Shown one piece after another: positions 1 through 12,800 of a stretch of DNA of 64,000 nt. Under the pieces are notes generated by a model that did no database searches, was not told the origin of the DNA, and saw only the letters and a list, made by a program, of their open reading frames with translations. Made by a program: the position numbers and the translations under genes. The stretch's first letter is position 1. Each line of letters opens with the position of its first letter. This DNA is from Octopus bimaculoides (lineage: Eukaryota): the NCBI RefSeq assembly GCF_001194135.2, contig NC_068981.1:19276327-19340326 (forward strand), given 5' to 3'.

Positions 1-208
1 CTATTTTTACTCTTTACTTGTTTCAGTCATTTGACTGCGGCCATGCTGGAGCACCGCCTTTAGTCGAGCAAATCGACGCCAGGACTTATTCTTTGTAAGC
101 CTAGTACTTATTCTATCGGTCTATTTTGCTGAACCGCTAAGTTACGGGGACGTAAACACACCAGCATCGGTTGTCAAGCGATGTTGAGGAACAAACAAAG
201 ACGCACAA

Positions 209-243
<35 letters not shown>

Positions 244-432
244 CATATATATATACATATACATATATACAACGGTCGTCTTTCAGTTTCTGTCTACCAA
301 ATCCACTCACAAGGCTTTGGTCGGCCCGAGGCTATAGTAGAAGACACTTGTCTAAAGTGCCACGCAGTGGGACTGAACCCGGAACCATGTGGTTGGTAAG
401 CAAGCTACTTACCACGCAGCCACTCCTGCGCC
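1..432 (-). mobile_element. tRNA-derived CORE-like SINE, family A (near full length; internal (TA)n/(TG)n)
   Basis: Reverse complement of the plus-strand copy at 59424-59842. Head GGCGCAGGAGTGGCTGTGTGG (A box) ... GGTTCAGTCCC (B box), then a CORE-like segment (GGCAC.TT.GACAAGTGTC here; consensus CCTTGGGCAAGTGTC), tail GACTGAAACAAGTAAAAGAG. Confidence 0.9.
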
Positions 433-1074
433 TATTTTGTTTAACCACTTACAAAGGAGGACTCATATTTTAGCCGTTCCTTCACACGTTTCTTCAATAA
501 CGAATTTCAGTTCGGTAACCACTGGTCTGCCATACTTTTTAAAGTACAATTAGTGCATTAATACCGATCTGGTAAGATGGACCCCATTACAAACCAATTG
601 CACCTCATTTACTCTGAATGTATTATACACTTCTATCGTCATATCTCATATTTCTACCCAAGTCTTTCCTTTCCTAATCCCATTTCAGAGTTGATTGATT
701 TCTTTGGGCCACTTATCATAGCTCAAATCAGTAAGAAGTCTCTTCTTTGTAAAGTTGTGCCATGACATCAAAATTGTTCTTCTGCTACTGCAATATGATT
801 TAGGAACACGAGCCTTTTTCTCTAAATCCTCTTGCACTTCCAGTTCTTTGTACCATTGCAAAGATCTTGATTTTGGTTATCGTTTTAAGTGTGTCTCTTC
901 ATGGTGTCTGGTCGTCTTTCTTGTAGAATGCTACAAGATACCAGCAACAACTACTTAACATTCTTACATTGCTCGTATATTTTTCCTTCCACCATTCTGA
1001 CAGATTCATACACAAGCAACGTCTTTATATGACCCAACTCTTACTAACAGCCGTCTATCTCTGTATCTCTCTAC

Positions 1075-1225
<151 letters not shown>

Positions 1226-1668
1226 ACATCTATGAAGAGAAACAACTAAAACCTCACAAAAACGCACAATATCAAAATTGCATTAACCACAGCACACACC
1301 ATGGAAACACGCATTAGTTATCTTCTTATAAGCATTGTATAGCCAACAGTCTCATATGACCTTTCATGCAAACTAAATATTTTAAATTTTGGGGTTCGGA
1401 CCCATTACAAGGCACCTTGAGCAAGTTTCCATGTTTTCTTTCTCAGATCATTCTTATCTCTGAATCTCCCAAGCTCTGACTCTGAAATGAATAACAAAAC
1501 AATTAATCTATGTTGTGTAGAGCATCCTTCTAGAGAAAAAAGCCTTAGCATTTAGAATAGTTTGCCTGTCTCAGGAAACCAAACTGGCTTTTGTATTCGC
1601 TAGATTTGTAGCTGATGATTTTTTTTTGCGTTTTTGAAGAGTGTGTTGCAGATTGTTGTATTTGTGCG

Positions 1669-1729
<61 letters not shown>

Positions 1730-1837
1730 TTAGATCAATCCAAACTTGGGACGTCGTTGACTTGTAGGAAGGCTGTATTCACTGTTGTTTGCAGTTGAGA
1801 AGAATTCTCGCTTTAGGCATTAGGTATTAAAACCACT

Positions 1838-2021
1838 AGGAGTGGCTGTGTGGTAAGTAGCTTGCTTACGAACCATAAGGTTCCGGGTTCAGTCCCACAG
1901 CGTGGCATCTTGGGCAAGTGTCTTCTACTATAGCCTCGGGCCGACCGAAGCCTTGTGAGTGGATTTGGTAGTCGGAAACTGAAAGACGCCCGTCGTATAT
2001 ATGTATATGTATATATATATG

Positions 2022-2062
<41 letters not shown>

Positions 2063-2186
2063 TTGTGCGTCTGTGTTTGTCCACCCCAACATCGCTTGAC
2101 AACCGATGTTGATGTGTTTTCGTCCCCGTAACTTAGCGGTTCGGCAAAAGAGACCGACAGAATAAGTACTAGGATTACAAAGAATG
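1838..2186 (+). mobile_element. SINE family A copy, 3'-truncated at (CA)n
   Basis: AGGAGTGGCTGTGTGGTAAGTAGCTTGCTTAC...GGGTTCAGTCCCAC...TTGGGCAAGTGTCTTCTACTATAGCCTCGGGCCGACC; matches the other family A copies. Confidence 0.9.
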
Positions 2187-2202
2187 CATACATGCATGCA
2201 TT

Positions 2203-2277
<75 letters not shown>

Positions 2278-2700
2278 ACACACACACACACACGTATAAG
2301 TGCAAGAAAAAGGATTAAAAATTCAGGCGAATAAATACTTTTTAACTACTCTGCAGGAGTCGAACCTGGCTAATCAAATTAAACCGGGAGAGTCATGGTA
2401 ACCCACGTAGTCCATAATTTTACATTCTGCTGGCTGTCGAATTAGTAAATTCAAATCAAACGCCGGATAATTACGCTATAAGGTCGCTGAGTACATGATT
2501 AACAAGTCGCGGAATTATGTAATACCATTGTATCCGAAATGCGCGTGAGCTGATTAAATATGTATAATTCTTTCTTTTATGTTTTCTAAACACACACATT
2601 CATAAATACATATACATGAAGTGAGAGCGAGAGTGAGAGATTCGAAAATGATTATTTTAATATTTGAATATATTTGTGTGTGAAAATGTATGCATATATG

Positions 2701-2734
<34 letters not shown>

Positions 2735-3861
2735 TGTATGTATGTATGTGTGTGTATGTGTGTATGTATGTATGTATGTATGTATGTATCTATGTATTTG
2801 TGCATGTGTGTGTATATATGTATTATGTATGTATGTATGTATGTATGTATGTATGAATGTACGCATGTATGTGTATAGGTTGGTAGTATGTACAGTTAAT
2901 ATAATTTCATAGTTGCGGTTTCACACATCACCGACAAAGCGTTTTGTTCTGCTCTTCATTCCTTCAATATTCTTTCGACTAGAGTGTCTGCAATAATTAA
3001 AACTGGCCAGTTAAACCCACACAAGCTTCGCCCAATCATCAATATATTTTAGTCTAAGAGAGAGCTTTAAAAGGTTTGAAACATCGACCCTAAAACTCAG
3101 TAAAATGAAGCAATAAAATATAAAATTCTAAAAGCACTATTTTATGCATCTTATTCTAATAAATGAATATTTAAAAATTTTTCTGAAAATGAGCGAGAGA
3201 GGATTGAAACGTCGGAGAAAGAAATAACGACTGTAGTTGTTTCGGTTTTAATTGACCAATCAATACATCAAAGAATCTCATTAAATAATCTTCACATGTT
3301 TTCAATACAGGAACATATGTATCGATTAATTACATAGACAATGCATACATTTTATGTATGTAGTAAATATTACATACATATAAGCGTATTTGTAAATATA
3401 CAGAGTTCTGAGGACGGCACATATGCGTATTTCTATTTGTGTAGACGTATGTGCGTGTGTGGGTGCGCGTGTGTGAATGTATGTATGTGTTTGTGTATGT
3501 ATGTGTTTGTATATACAAACATATATACACACATACATACATATACATACATATATATATGTATATATGTATATATATGTATATATATATGTATATGTAT
3601 GTATGTATGTATGAATCTATATTTGTGTAGTGGGTGTGTGTATGCATATGCATGCTTATATACATGCATACACACACATATATACACACATACAGACACA
3701 CATAACAGGCTTGTTGCCATTTGTATTAGTATCATTAGTAAAATATCCTCCATAAGGATGAATTTTACTTAATTATGCTGTTTCTATCCATAAGGCAAAA
3801 CATTGGGAAACTACAAACCTATGAAATTAGAACAACAATGAGAATAATAATTACCATTGTT

Positions 3862-4033
3862 ATTATTATTATTTCAAATTTTGGCTCAAGGTTAGCAATT
3901 TCGGGTAGTGGGTAAGTTGATTAGATAGACCCCCAGTACTCAACTGGTACTTCATTAAACGACCTCGAGAGGATGAAAGGCAAAGTCAGTCTCGGAAGGA
4001 TTTGAACTCAGAACGTAAAGACGGACGAAATGC
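3862..4033 (-). mobile_element. tRNA-derived SINE family B (Meta/MESC-like body), B2 tail
   Basis: Reverse complement of TTCTGAGTTCAAAT...CTTTGCCTTTCATCCT...GTACCAGTTGAGTACTGGG, ending in CCAAAATTTGAAA(TAA)n. Confidence 0.8.
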
Positions 4034-4059
4034 TTTATTATTATTATTATTATTATTAT

Positions 4060-4147
<88 letters not shown>

Positions 4148-4409
4148 GGTGGTGGTGGTGGTGGCGGCGGCGGTGGTGGTACTTAAGGATTCTCATTTCC
4201 ACTGTATGTTCTCTCTGGACGACTGAACGAATCACCATGTACCTCAGATAAGGGAAATGTTTGGTGTTTGCTGTTTCTATTGTACTGAAAGCGTTCTGCG
4301 TAATGTGTGTCCTGCTTAGTGTTATTTTCTCTATACTTTGCATGTTTGCAAGTGCTGGTGTTTTAGTTATATATTTATCTACACTTTCATCATATCAAAG
4401 TCATCTATT

Positions 4410-4590
4410 CAAGAGTGTAGCCAGGGTTCTAAAGTCAGTGGGAGCTAACAAATAAAAAAAATGCGGTGTAACATATACCAAATGATTTTTAACTCATTGA
4501 TTATACGTTTTATAAAAGGTGCCAATTCTAAAAAAAATGTGCTCGATGGGAGCGGTTGATCCCTTGACTTCCCTATTATCTACGCCACTG
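4410..4590. mobile_element. hAT-type MITE (degenerate)
   Basis: Ends CAAGAGTGTAGCCAGG / CTACGCCACTG resemble the CAGGGGCGTAG-type TIR. Flanking 8-mers CATCTATT / TATCAATT (6/8 identical) fit a decayed 8-bp TSD. Confidence 0.45.
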
Positions 4591-5233
4591 TATCAATTAT
4601 TATAGAGATTGTTTCTGCTTTCAACAATCGTGTTGTCTCAATGTCCGGATCTTCATGACTGGATAGTTCCTCTATTACTTTGAGATATATATTTTTGTCT
4701 GCAGGGATGGTACTTCAATTAGAAAGTACTTTTTCTTTCTTTTGTACTTTGGCAACAATGTCTAGCAAATTAGCCATCTCTATATATAATGACATGCCAA
4801 AGTATAGTCACTTGTTCATGTCGGAGACTTTTCTACTGTATGCTAATATCATCTCTTTTCTGTTAGTATTTCGTAATATTCGCATGCCCGAACTGTGGCA
4901 TACCTGTGAATGTATTCTTGCATAACCCTGGTCAGCTCAAAACAACGTGACTAATCTCTACAATTCAGGAGTTACTATATTCAGTTTCTCGTTTATGCTT
5001 TTGGTAACTTCTATTGGGTTGGCTTTGATCTTGTGCCTCAATCAAGAATCCTGTCTTAGCACCGAGTTCTACATTTTTCAACTACCACTACAAAATTTTC
5101 CCTCTCTATTATCATTTTGTTCAACCTTTTCAGAGGATATTCTATTTCCCATTTTTCTATTTTGTATTTGTTGACTTCTTTGAAGATAGAAAATACCCTA
5201 TTCTATTTAGTCGCTGCTTGTTCTAGTTTATTA

Positions 5234-5296
<63 letters not shown>

Positions 5297-5298
5297 TC

Positions 5299-5496
5299 AT
5301 TCAGTAGTTTTATTTTTATAGCGTGCTTTCACTTCACTACCGAGCGCAACTCTGTGTGCCTTGGGTATGTGCTGTGGTTTGCTGTGGTGCTCTTATGGTT
5401 ACTGTATTGAAAGTGTTTTGCGTAGGATGTATGCAGTGCCCAGTAGTGCAATTTGCTGTATGTTATATATACTTGTAAATCCTGGTGTTTTTGTTA
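5299..5496 (-). mobile_element. R4/Dong non-LTR retrotransposon 3' fragment in (TAA)n
   Basis: Minus strand translates TKTPGFTSIYNIQQIALLGTAYILRKTLSIQ*, the LQK..LLGTA.ILRK.L C-terminus typical of R4/Dong. 3' UTR ends AAATAAAACTACTGAA; (TAA)n on both sides. Confidence 0.85.
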
Positions 5497-5630
5497 TTAT
5501 TATTATTATTATCATTTTTATTATTATTATTATTATCATTAATATTATTATTGCTTCTAACGCTGGAGATGTACTACAGTGTCAGCTGTTTACTACCAGT
5601 GAACTACGGCAATTATTATTATTATTATTG

Positions 5631-5850
5631 TTCAGTAGTTTTATTTTTATAACGTGCTTTCACTTCACTACCGAGCGCAGCTCTGTGCGCCTTGGGTATG
5701 TGCTGTGGTTTGCTGTGGTGTTCTTATGGTTACTGTATTGAAAGTGTTTTGCGTAGGATGTGTGCAGTGCCCAGTAGTGCAATTTTCTGTATGTTATATA
5801 TATTTGTAAGTCCTGGTGTTTTTGTTATGTATTTGTCTATGTAACTGACT
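5631..5850 (-). mobile_element. R4/Dong 3' fragment, second copy in (TAA)n
   Basis: Near-identical to 5299-5496; extends slightly further 5' (..YIDKYITKTPG..). Confidence 0.85.
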
Positions 5851-6479
5851 TCCCTTCCCCTCAAAAGCTTCTGACCCTGTACCAAAGTTTGAAGCCCTTG
5901 TTATCATGTGTGCAGTGGGTGGCAGAATCGGTATAAAATGTTGAAAATGTTTTGTGATATTTAGTTACATCCCTTTACATTCTAGTTTCAAAACTAACCA
6001 AAGTTACCTTCGAAAGTCACCTTCGACCTTTATATTTTCCAAGTGGCAACATTATCGACCAATGTCCAGTTAAAAAGTATTTCATTCTTGTTATGAAAAT
6101 TTTTTGGAACGTGGTAAATTAACAGAGAAAAAGTAGAGCAAATGTTAGTTATTATCATTGTGGTCATGAATATCTTACATATAGCTTATACAATCTGACA
6201 TACTCTTCCTGAACTGTCGACCGGAGATCACAAAGATTTCACCACTTTCCAAGACTATCAGTCTTTCCAGCGGTGTTGAATGGTATTCATACTACTAGGG
6301 AATGGTTGGGATACTATGGCACAGACAGCACACTTTAACCGCCATGTGAAACCCCAGTTAACTATAACCATTCTAACCATGCAGCTAAAATTTAATGTTT
6401 TAATGCTTTGACGATTTATTCTTTGCTTTCACCTTCGTACTTCCTTCAAATACCTCGATTACAACCACGATTAATTATT

Positions 6480-6900
6480 TTCCATTTCTTTCCCCATTTT
6501 GCAAAACATTGCTCTGCTACACTTTCTAAGTCCAATGCAAGTCAAGTAAAATAGTGTAAATGCAGCTATTTCACTCTCCTGGAAGCAGCGTACATTGTCA
6601 TACTTGTAGTTCCAATGATTCACAAAGTTTTTCATATTTTTAGACTCTTCTTTCTTGATCCATACTATATTTCCATCCAAAGACATCATCACCTCAACAA
6701 ACAGGAAAAGTTTTGTCAAGCCAGACCAAGTCAGAACGTTGCTCCATTACGATAACACGAACGCTTGATCACACCAACACTTCCTTCAAATCCATGTGCA
6801 CCTTCCAGTCATCGGTATCATGCATAAATTTGGCTCTTAACTTGCTTTTGTTGACGTTTCAGTATTGTTATTTCTCATCATCCTTTTGGAATATAACAAG
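6480..6900 (-). mobile_element. Decayed RLE-endonuclease domain of a non-LTR retrotransposon (R2/NeSL/HERO-like)
   Basis: Across frameshifts the minus strand reads DDWKVHMDLKEVL..EQRSDLVWLD../FLFVEVMMSLDGNI../KYEKLCE../VRCF. This matches the DW...DL..RPDIV..ELTVPWE..KY..L..C.PVE layout of PD-(D/E)xK RLEs. Confidence 0.55.
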
Positions 6901-8199
6901 CATTCACTGACGTAACACCTTACCCCAATGATACACTACATATAAGTTATTGTAAAGAAAACACCTCTTGCATATAATCTAACTTAAACTACCTAAACGT
7001 AGAAGTGGCAATAAGAAAACGTATTACATGGTCCACGCCACCATATAACATTAATGTGGTTACACATATCGCATAAACCTTCTTCCTTTACAATAGAAAA
7101 TATTTTCTTCCGCAACATAAGTATATTCAGTTATTCCTAGCATTAGCCGGAGTTTAGCTACGTCTAACTTACACAAACTCAGCGAAAATGAAAACGATCA
7201 TCACAGCAGTAATAACTGCTTAGAATGTAACCTATAAATATATAGGCAACGCTGATAATTCCTTCACTTACTACTTGACTTCCAGCTCCAAATATAGGTA
7301 CACTTTATATACTTCACAGCTAGTCCCTGACATGTTCTCGAACGAAACAAAACGCCTCTTGTTGCACTCACTATCTTAATAAAGCACATGCATGTGTCTG
7401 ACATGTATATATATATATATGCACGTTTTTATCCATGCGCACTACTTCACATACGTATGATAAAATATTGTCATACGTTACTCCCACATGCATGTATACA
7501 TCATTCACATACATATATTTCCTATTTTTATCGTATATTCTTTGTAATTAAAACTTCTTGTATTTCTTCTTTACATGTTTTTCTTTTTAACCAATAACAA
7601 TTTCGGTTGGCCCTCGCTAATAAAAGAAATCTTGATCTTTGTCAATATATATTCTTTATGTAATGGCAAAACTAATAGTGAGAATTGAGTTCCAGCAGAG
7701 ACCAATCGAAGAAATGACAGGGCCAACCTACTCATTACAGCAAGTTACTAATAAACGATAAATAATCAAGTTGCTATGGCAACAGGAACTTTCTACATAA
7801 ACGTAGACCATGTTTCTAAATTCATCACTATATAATGTTCAGAGAACTGTTTTCATTATCTGAATTACTATTTCACTTCATTTATTTGATTTCTCTTCCA
7901 TTGTCAAACTACATTTATTTATTTATTTATTTTATATATATACATATTATACTTTTTCTTTTTTCATTTTCCGCACAATCAGTTGCTTTATTACTGTTTT
8001 TTTAAATTAGTATTTTGGCGAGTCTTTAAGGAATTTCACATAACCAAATATTTATGGAAAAATAAAAAGAAAGTAAAAAAAAATATAGAAAAGAAGAAAT
8101 GAAATTCTTTCATTAATGAATTGAAGTTTTTCTTTCAATTAATTTTGTATTTTCTCTGACCTTTGTACCTTGTAGAAATTAACTTTGGAATCGATAACC

Positions 8200-8800
8200 A
8201 GAAACAGCGACTTCCTACCTCTCTCACTCCTAAATAGACGTCGATGAATGTCTCACAGTGATTTTGGTGTAGGAGGAGGGTATCAATAAATTTGGAAATA
8301 TCAATTCATATAAACTCTCTGAAGACAAAAAACATAGAAAAAAAAACTTGAGTTTGCTGTGGTTAAAGAAAGAAATAATGGAGTACATAAGTTGATATTA
8401 ATGTCTAAAGGGTCAGCACTTAGCAAGTGGAAGTTGAGTATCAATTCCAGGTTAGCGTCGGGAGTTATTTAAATTTCTGAAGCTTCTTATTCCAATAGAA
8501 TAGCAGTGTCAGTTATTTTATATAAAGCAGACATTACGCATGAAGACATTTAGATTGCTGAACATTACGATGGACAAAAGAAATAACTGAAGTGCTTTGG
8601 AGTTGCAATGTTAATCAGCGACAAAGGTATAAGAATTGACAACATTTTTTTGGTCTGGGATTCATCAAAAGATAAGTTATAAAAGAGAGATACCAGATCA
8701 ATAAAGTCTAATATGTGAAAATAGGTAGACGTATGTTGGAAGTTACAGATTAATCGATTCAAGATTCTAATCATATCACCTTAGCTACCATACTAAGGCC
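8200..8800 (-). mobile_element. Possible highly decayed Penelope-like RT remnant
   Basis: Minus ORF 8565-8774 contains DFIDLVSLFYNLSFDES, reminiscent of the PLE RT motif SFDV.SLFTN.P.DE. The rest is not alignable by eye. Confidence 0.25.
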
Positions 8801-9221
8801 TTTTAAACTGCATTAAAAAAACGACATCTATTTTCAGGTCTACCGGAAAAGGCAACAGAAAAACAAACCTAGTGCAGTGTTATTAGACTGACTTAATGTT
8901 TTTGAATATATGAAGCGAAATATTAAATTTTGGTATAAACACAAAGGAGGGAATTTTGAGAGGAAGAGTAATCAATTTCAGTATTTTATTGACTCTGAAG
9001 GGAAGAAATGCAAAAATTGATCGCGGTGGAATTTGAACTCCAAGCATAAAGAACCGGAATAAATACCGCAAAGCACTTCTTCTGACGGTCTAACGAGTCT
9101 GCCACCTGGCGGCTTTTGTACGATATGATACTCGTGGTTGATGACCTCACGCGAGGTAGCGAGACAGGTAGACGAAATGTGTTGCCTATCAGACATCCAT
9201 CGTTCAATATTTTTCATGTAG

Positions 9222-9416
9222 GAAGGTGGCGAGCTTAGCGATATTTCGTCTGCCGTTACGGTCTGAGTTCAAATTCCGCTGAGGTCGAATTTGCCTTTCA
9301 TCCTTTCGGGGTCGATGAATTAAGTACCAGTTACGCACTGGGACCGATGTAATCGACTGAAACCATTTGTCTGTCCTTTTTTGTCCCCTTTATTACCCAC
9401 TGTGGGCAATAAAGAC
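9222..9416 (+). mobile_element. SINE family B, B1 tail, with internal head deletion
   Basis: GAAGGTGGCGAGCT..AGCGATATTTCGTCTGCCGTTACG..GAGTTCAAATTCCG..GCCTTTCATCCTTTCGGGGTCGAT..GTACCAG; tail TGTGGGCAATAAAG. Confidence 0.85.
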
Positions 9417-10527
9417 ATACATATTTTTCATGTAGATCATTGTTTTGTGGATTATGTATGCATGATGTACGTATGCATGTATGTATGTATGTATGTATTT
9501 ATGTATGTCTGTATGTATGTATGTATGTATATATGAATGTATGTGTGCATGTACGTACGATTGTATGTACGCACGTTTGTATGTATGTATGTATGTATGT
9601 ATGTATATATGAATGTATGTGTGCATGTACGTACGATTGTATGTACGCACGTTTGTATGTATGTATGTATGTATGGATGTGCATACGTACGTATGTATGT
9701 ATAGCTGCATGTAATATATACACACATACATACACATACGCACACTTACGCTTGCACACATGTATTTATATGCACACATACGATATGATGATCGTAGTCT
9801 CTCGTAGCCTGAGACAAACGGTTTGCACACGCTTGACAACGAGTATTAGTTTGTTTACGTCCTCCTAAATTAGCAATTCGGTAAAAGAGAAACCGATAGA
9901 ATAAATATATGACTGTAAACAAAGTTGTACTGGGGTAGAGTGTCCGGCTTTTCTAACATTGCCGCAGTACAACGACAGAAACAAGTAAAAGAAAAATAAT
10001 GGTATGGTCATTGCTGGCTAACATGCTTTAGGACAAAGATCAGTTCCGTTAATGCTGACGTGAGTGAGATAAACTGCAACAATCAGCTATTGATTAACCA
10101 ATTGGATGTTTCTGTGAGATGCAAAAAGCCTGTTGAAGTCATTGATCTCGAATGCATGTAAATAAAAGACACTTATACTGATTACACGAGGAGAAAGTAA
10201 TTTTGTCCTCAAAGACAAAATATTCCGGTGAAACAGTTGAGTTAACATAACTCTATTTACGACGTCAATGCTATTTCCTTCATGTGATAATTGTTTCGTT
10301 ACTAGAAGAATTGGGGAGCTAGAAATAGCTGCAGAAGAGCTAGTTAATAATGTTTTAAAGGATCCACACTTTTAGCATAACCTCGCACAGAAGGACAGAA
10401 AATTGATAAAAATAAACACACGAAAAGAAAAAAGACAGAGTGCAAGAGAAGAGATATACGGATAAAGAGACTTATATATAACGAGATAAACGGATAAGGA
10501 GACGTACATAGCGTGATAAATAGATAA

Positions 10528-10573
<46 letters not shown>

Positions 10574-10615
10574 GCATACATATGTGTGTGTGTATGTGTA
10601 CGTGTGTGTATGCTA

Positions 10616-10650
<35 letters not shown>

Positions 10651-11405
10651 CATGTGTGTGAGTGTATGTGTGTGCATATACGGCATGTAACCAGAGGATT
10701 ATTAAATAGACGTTTAAGATAACTATTTCAAGAACACTGTTAACATCTTATCTTTCGTCAGATATGCGTTCAACTTCATGTCTTTTTTTAAAAATACCCA
10801 CAGGTAGCTGCCGGTGTGTATATAGCCTCGAGAAGAAGAACAGAATACAAGNNNNNNNNNNNNNNNNNNNNNNNNNNNNNNNNNNNNNNNNNNNNNNNNN
10901 NNNNNNNNNNNNNNNNNNNNNNNNNNNNNNNNNNNNNNNNNNNNNNNNNNNNNNNNNNNNNNNNNNNNNNNNNNNNNNNNNNNNNNNNNNNNNNNNNNNN
11001 NNNNNNNNNNNNNNNNNNNNNNTATATATATATATATATATGTACATATGTATGCATATGTATGGATGTATATGTATGTATATATGTGTGTATGTATGTG
11101 TATGTATGTATGTATTATTTATGTATACGCGTGTATATGTATGTATGTATGTATGTATGTATGCATATGTATTATATCTGTATATAAATGTATATTATAT
11201 ATATACACACAAATGTATGTGTATATGTATATATGTGTGTGTGTGTGCGCGTGTATGAAGTAGCATAATACACACACATGTTTATACATTCATATATGCA
11301 TATATGTATGTATGAATGGATATGTGCATGTATATAAATATTTGTTTGTGTGTGTATGTATTTGTCTGTCAATCTATTCCCCTTCTCTCTCTCTCTCTCT
11401 GTTTA

Positions 11406-11464
<59 letters not shown>

Positions 11465-11504
11465 ACACACACAAACACGCACACACGCACACACACACAC
11501 ACAC

Positions 11505-11551
<47 letters not shown>

Positions 11552-11829
11552 GAGAGATGCGGGTGAGACGTGGGGAGCGAGAAAGATGGTGAGTAAACTA
11601 GTTATGAGTATTTTCAAAATGTCGTGATGTTGAATGCGTACCTGACCAAAGATAAAGTTTTGAAGTACATCTCTGATTTATTCAGTTTAAACATCTAGTT
11701 CAGAATCTCGTTATATATATACTCTACCTCCCCTTATCCATTTAACCCCCCCCCCCCTCTCTCTCTCACCCTCTTTCTCTTTCTTTCCCTCTTATTTTTG
11801 TACACTATTTTCTCCGCGAGGCTATGGAA

Positions 11830-12800
11830 GTACTGAGTTACCTGCGGCTTAGTGTTTTTTGTAGCTGAAAAATGAAGGCGACAAAAGCATTAAATGTTTG
11901 TAAGTCAGTACAGGAATGCTAGGAAGCTGGTGACGTCTACAAGATTGGGAAATGCTATCGCTGCCAAGAAGGGGGAATAGGAATAAAGGTTGGAACAGCT
12001 GAAAATTTCTCAACTTGCTATAGTCAGGAATCAGGAAGATTCTCGCCATAATGTTACTCAACCAGTGACGCAGCTTGAATGTGTGTCCCTCGTGGCGGCT
12101 TTTAAATTTGCCGCTGTCCCTGGGCCAATGCAACCTATACAGGCTTATACGGCAGATCTAAAAGTGTCGCCCCCATAAAAGCTTTGTCCAGAGAAGACAA
12201 GCCTATCGCTCTTCTTCCCCTAGTTACGGTACTGTGCTCAGCTGTAGTTTTGTTTAAAACACACGTAAGTTCCGAAGAAGCATCATGGATACGATGTTCT
12301 AACATCGTTAGAAATGTGTGGAACAGAACACGGCACTGTATGCAGTTTTCAACGACGTCACGTAGTCAATCGAGCCAGTAAACCAGTCGGGTACTCAGAT
12401 GTGGTGTAAGTCCAGAAATAAACCTACGTATGATTGATTCACTAAACACTGGCATGAAGGCTTGGGTTACGCAACTGAACTTCAGCCCCTCACAGTTTGA
12501 TATTACAGTGGGAGTCAAACTAAAGCCAGCGTTACGCTATACGTGCCTGAGACCTTCGAGAAGAATTTCGCTACTCAACTGACTTCAGACAATTCCTACT
12601 GCTAAATCTATTAAAGCGACATATTTCTAAACCAAGTCTAAAACACGAATTATGTTAGAGATGGAAATGTTATTTACAGATGAATGTGCTCTTGTGTCCC
12701 ATAGAGTAGAAGTCATGGAAAACTTGGTGGATGTTTTTGGTAGTGTGACCACAAAAGTATCTCCATAGCATATTAGTCGATATAAATTTTGATTGATTTC
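11830..12800 (+). mobile_element. RTE-clade LINE reverse transcriptase remnant
   Basis: Plus-strand frames give KCVEQNTALYAVFNDVT (cf. RTE KCREQ..PLY..FIDLTKAFD) and KTRIMLEMEMLFTDECALVSHRVEVMENLVDVF (cf. RELLFADD.ALVAHSE..LQ.L.D.F). Many stops and frameshifts. Confidence 0.75.

Noticed and set aside
171-473. Recurrent ORF family ..RLWSARGYSRRHL.KVPRSGTEPGTMWLVSKLLTTQPLL (171, 1813, 54537, 59389)
   Set aside because: Antisense read-through of SINE family A, not a gene family.
1400-1490. Minus-strand exon-like segment with a strong acceptor (ESELGRFRDKNDLRKKTWKLAQ)
   Set aside because: Its donor side lies in a decayed SINE A CORE fragment (GGCACCTTGAGCAAG); no independent support.
2554-3772. 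Many YI/HT/CV/MYVC-repeat ORFs (also 9393-9868, 11048-11617, 54989-55492)
   Set aside because: Translations of (TA)n, (CA)n and (CATA)n microsatellites; no coding signal.
4600-5200. Possible pogo/Tigger or other transposase remnant on the minus strand
   Set aside because: Only vague resemblance; no diagnostic motif could be confirmed by eye.
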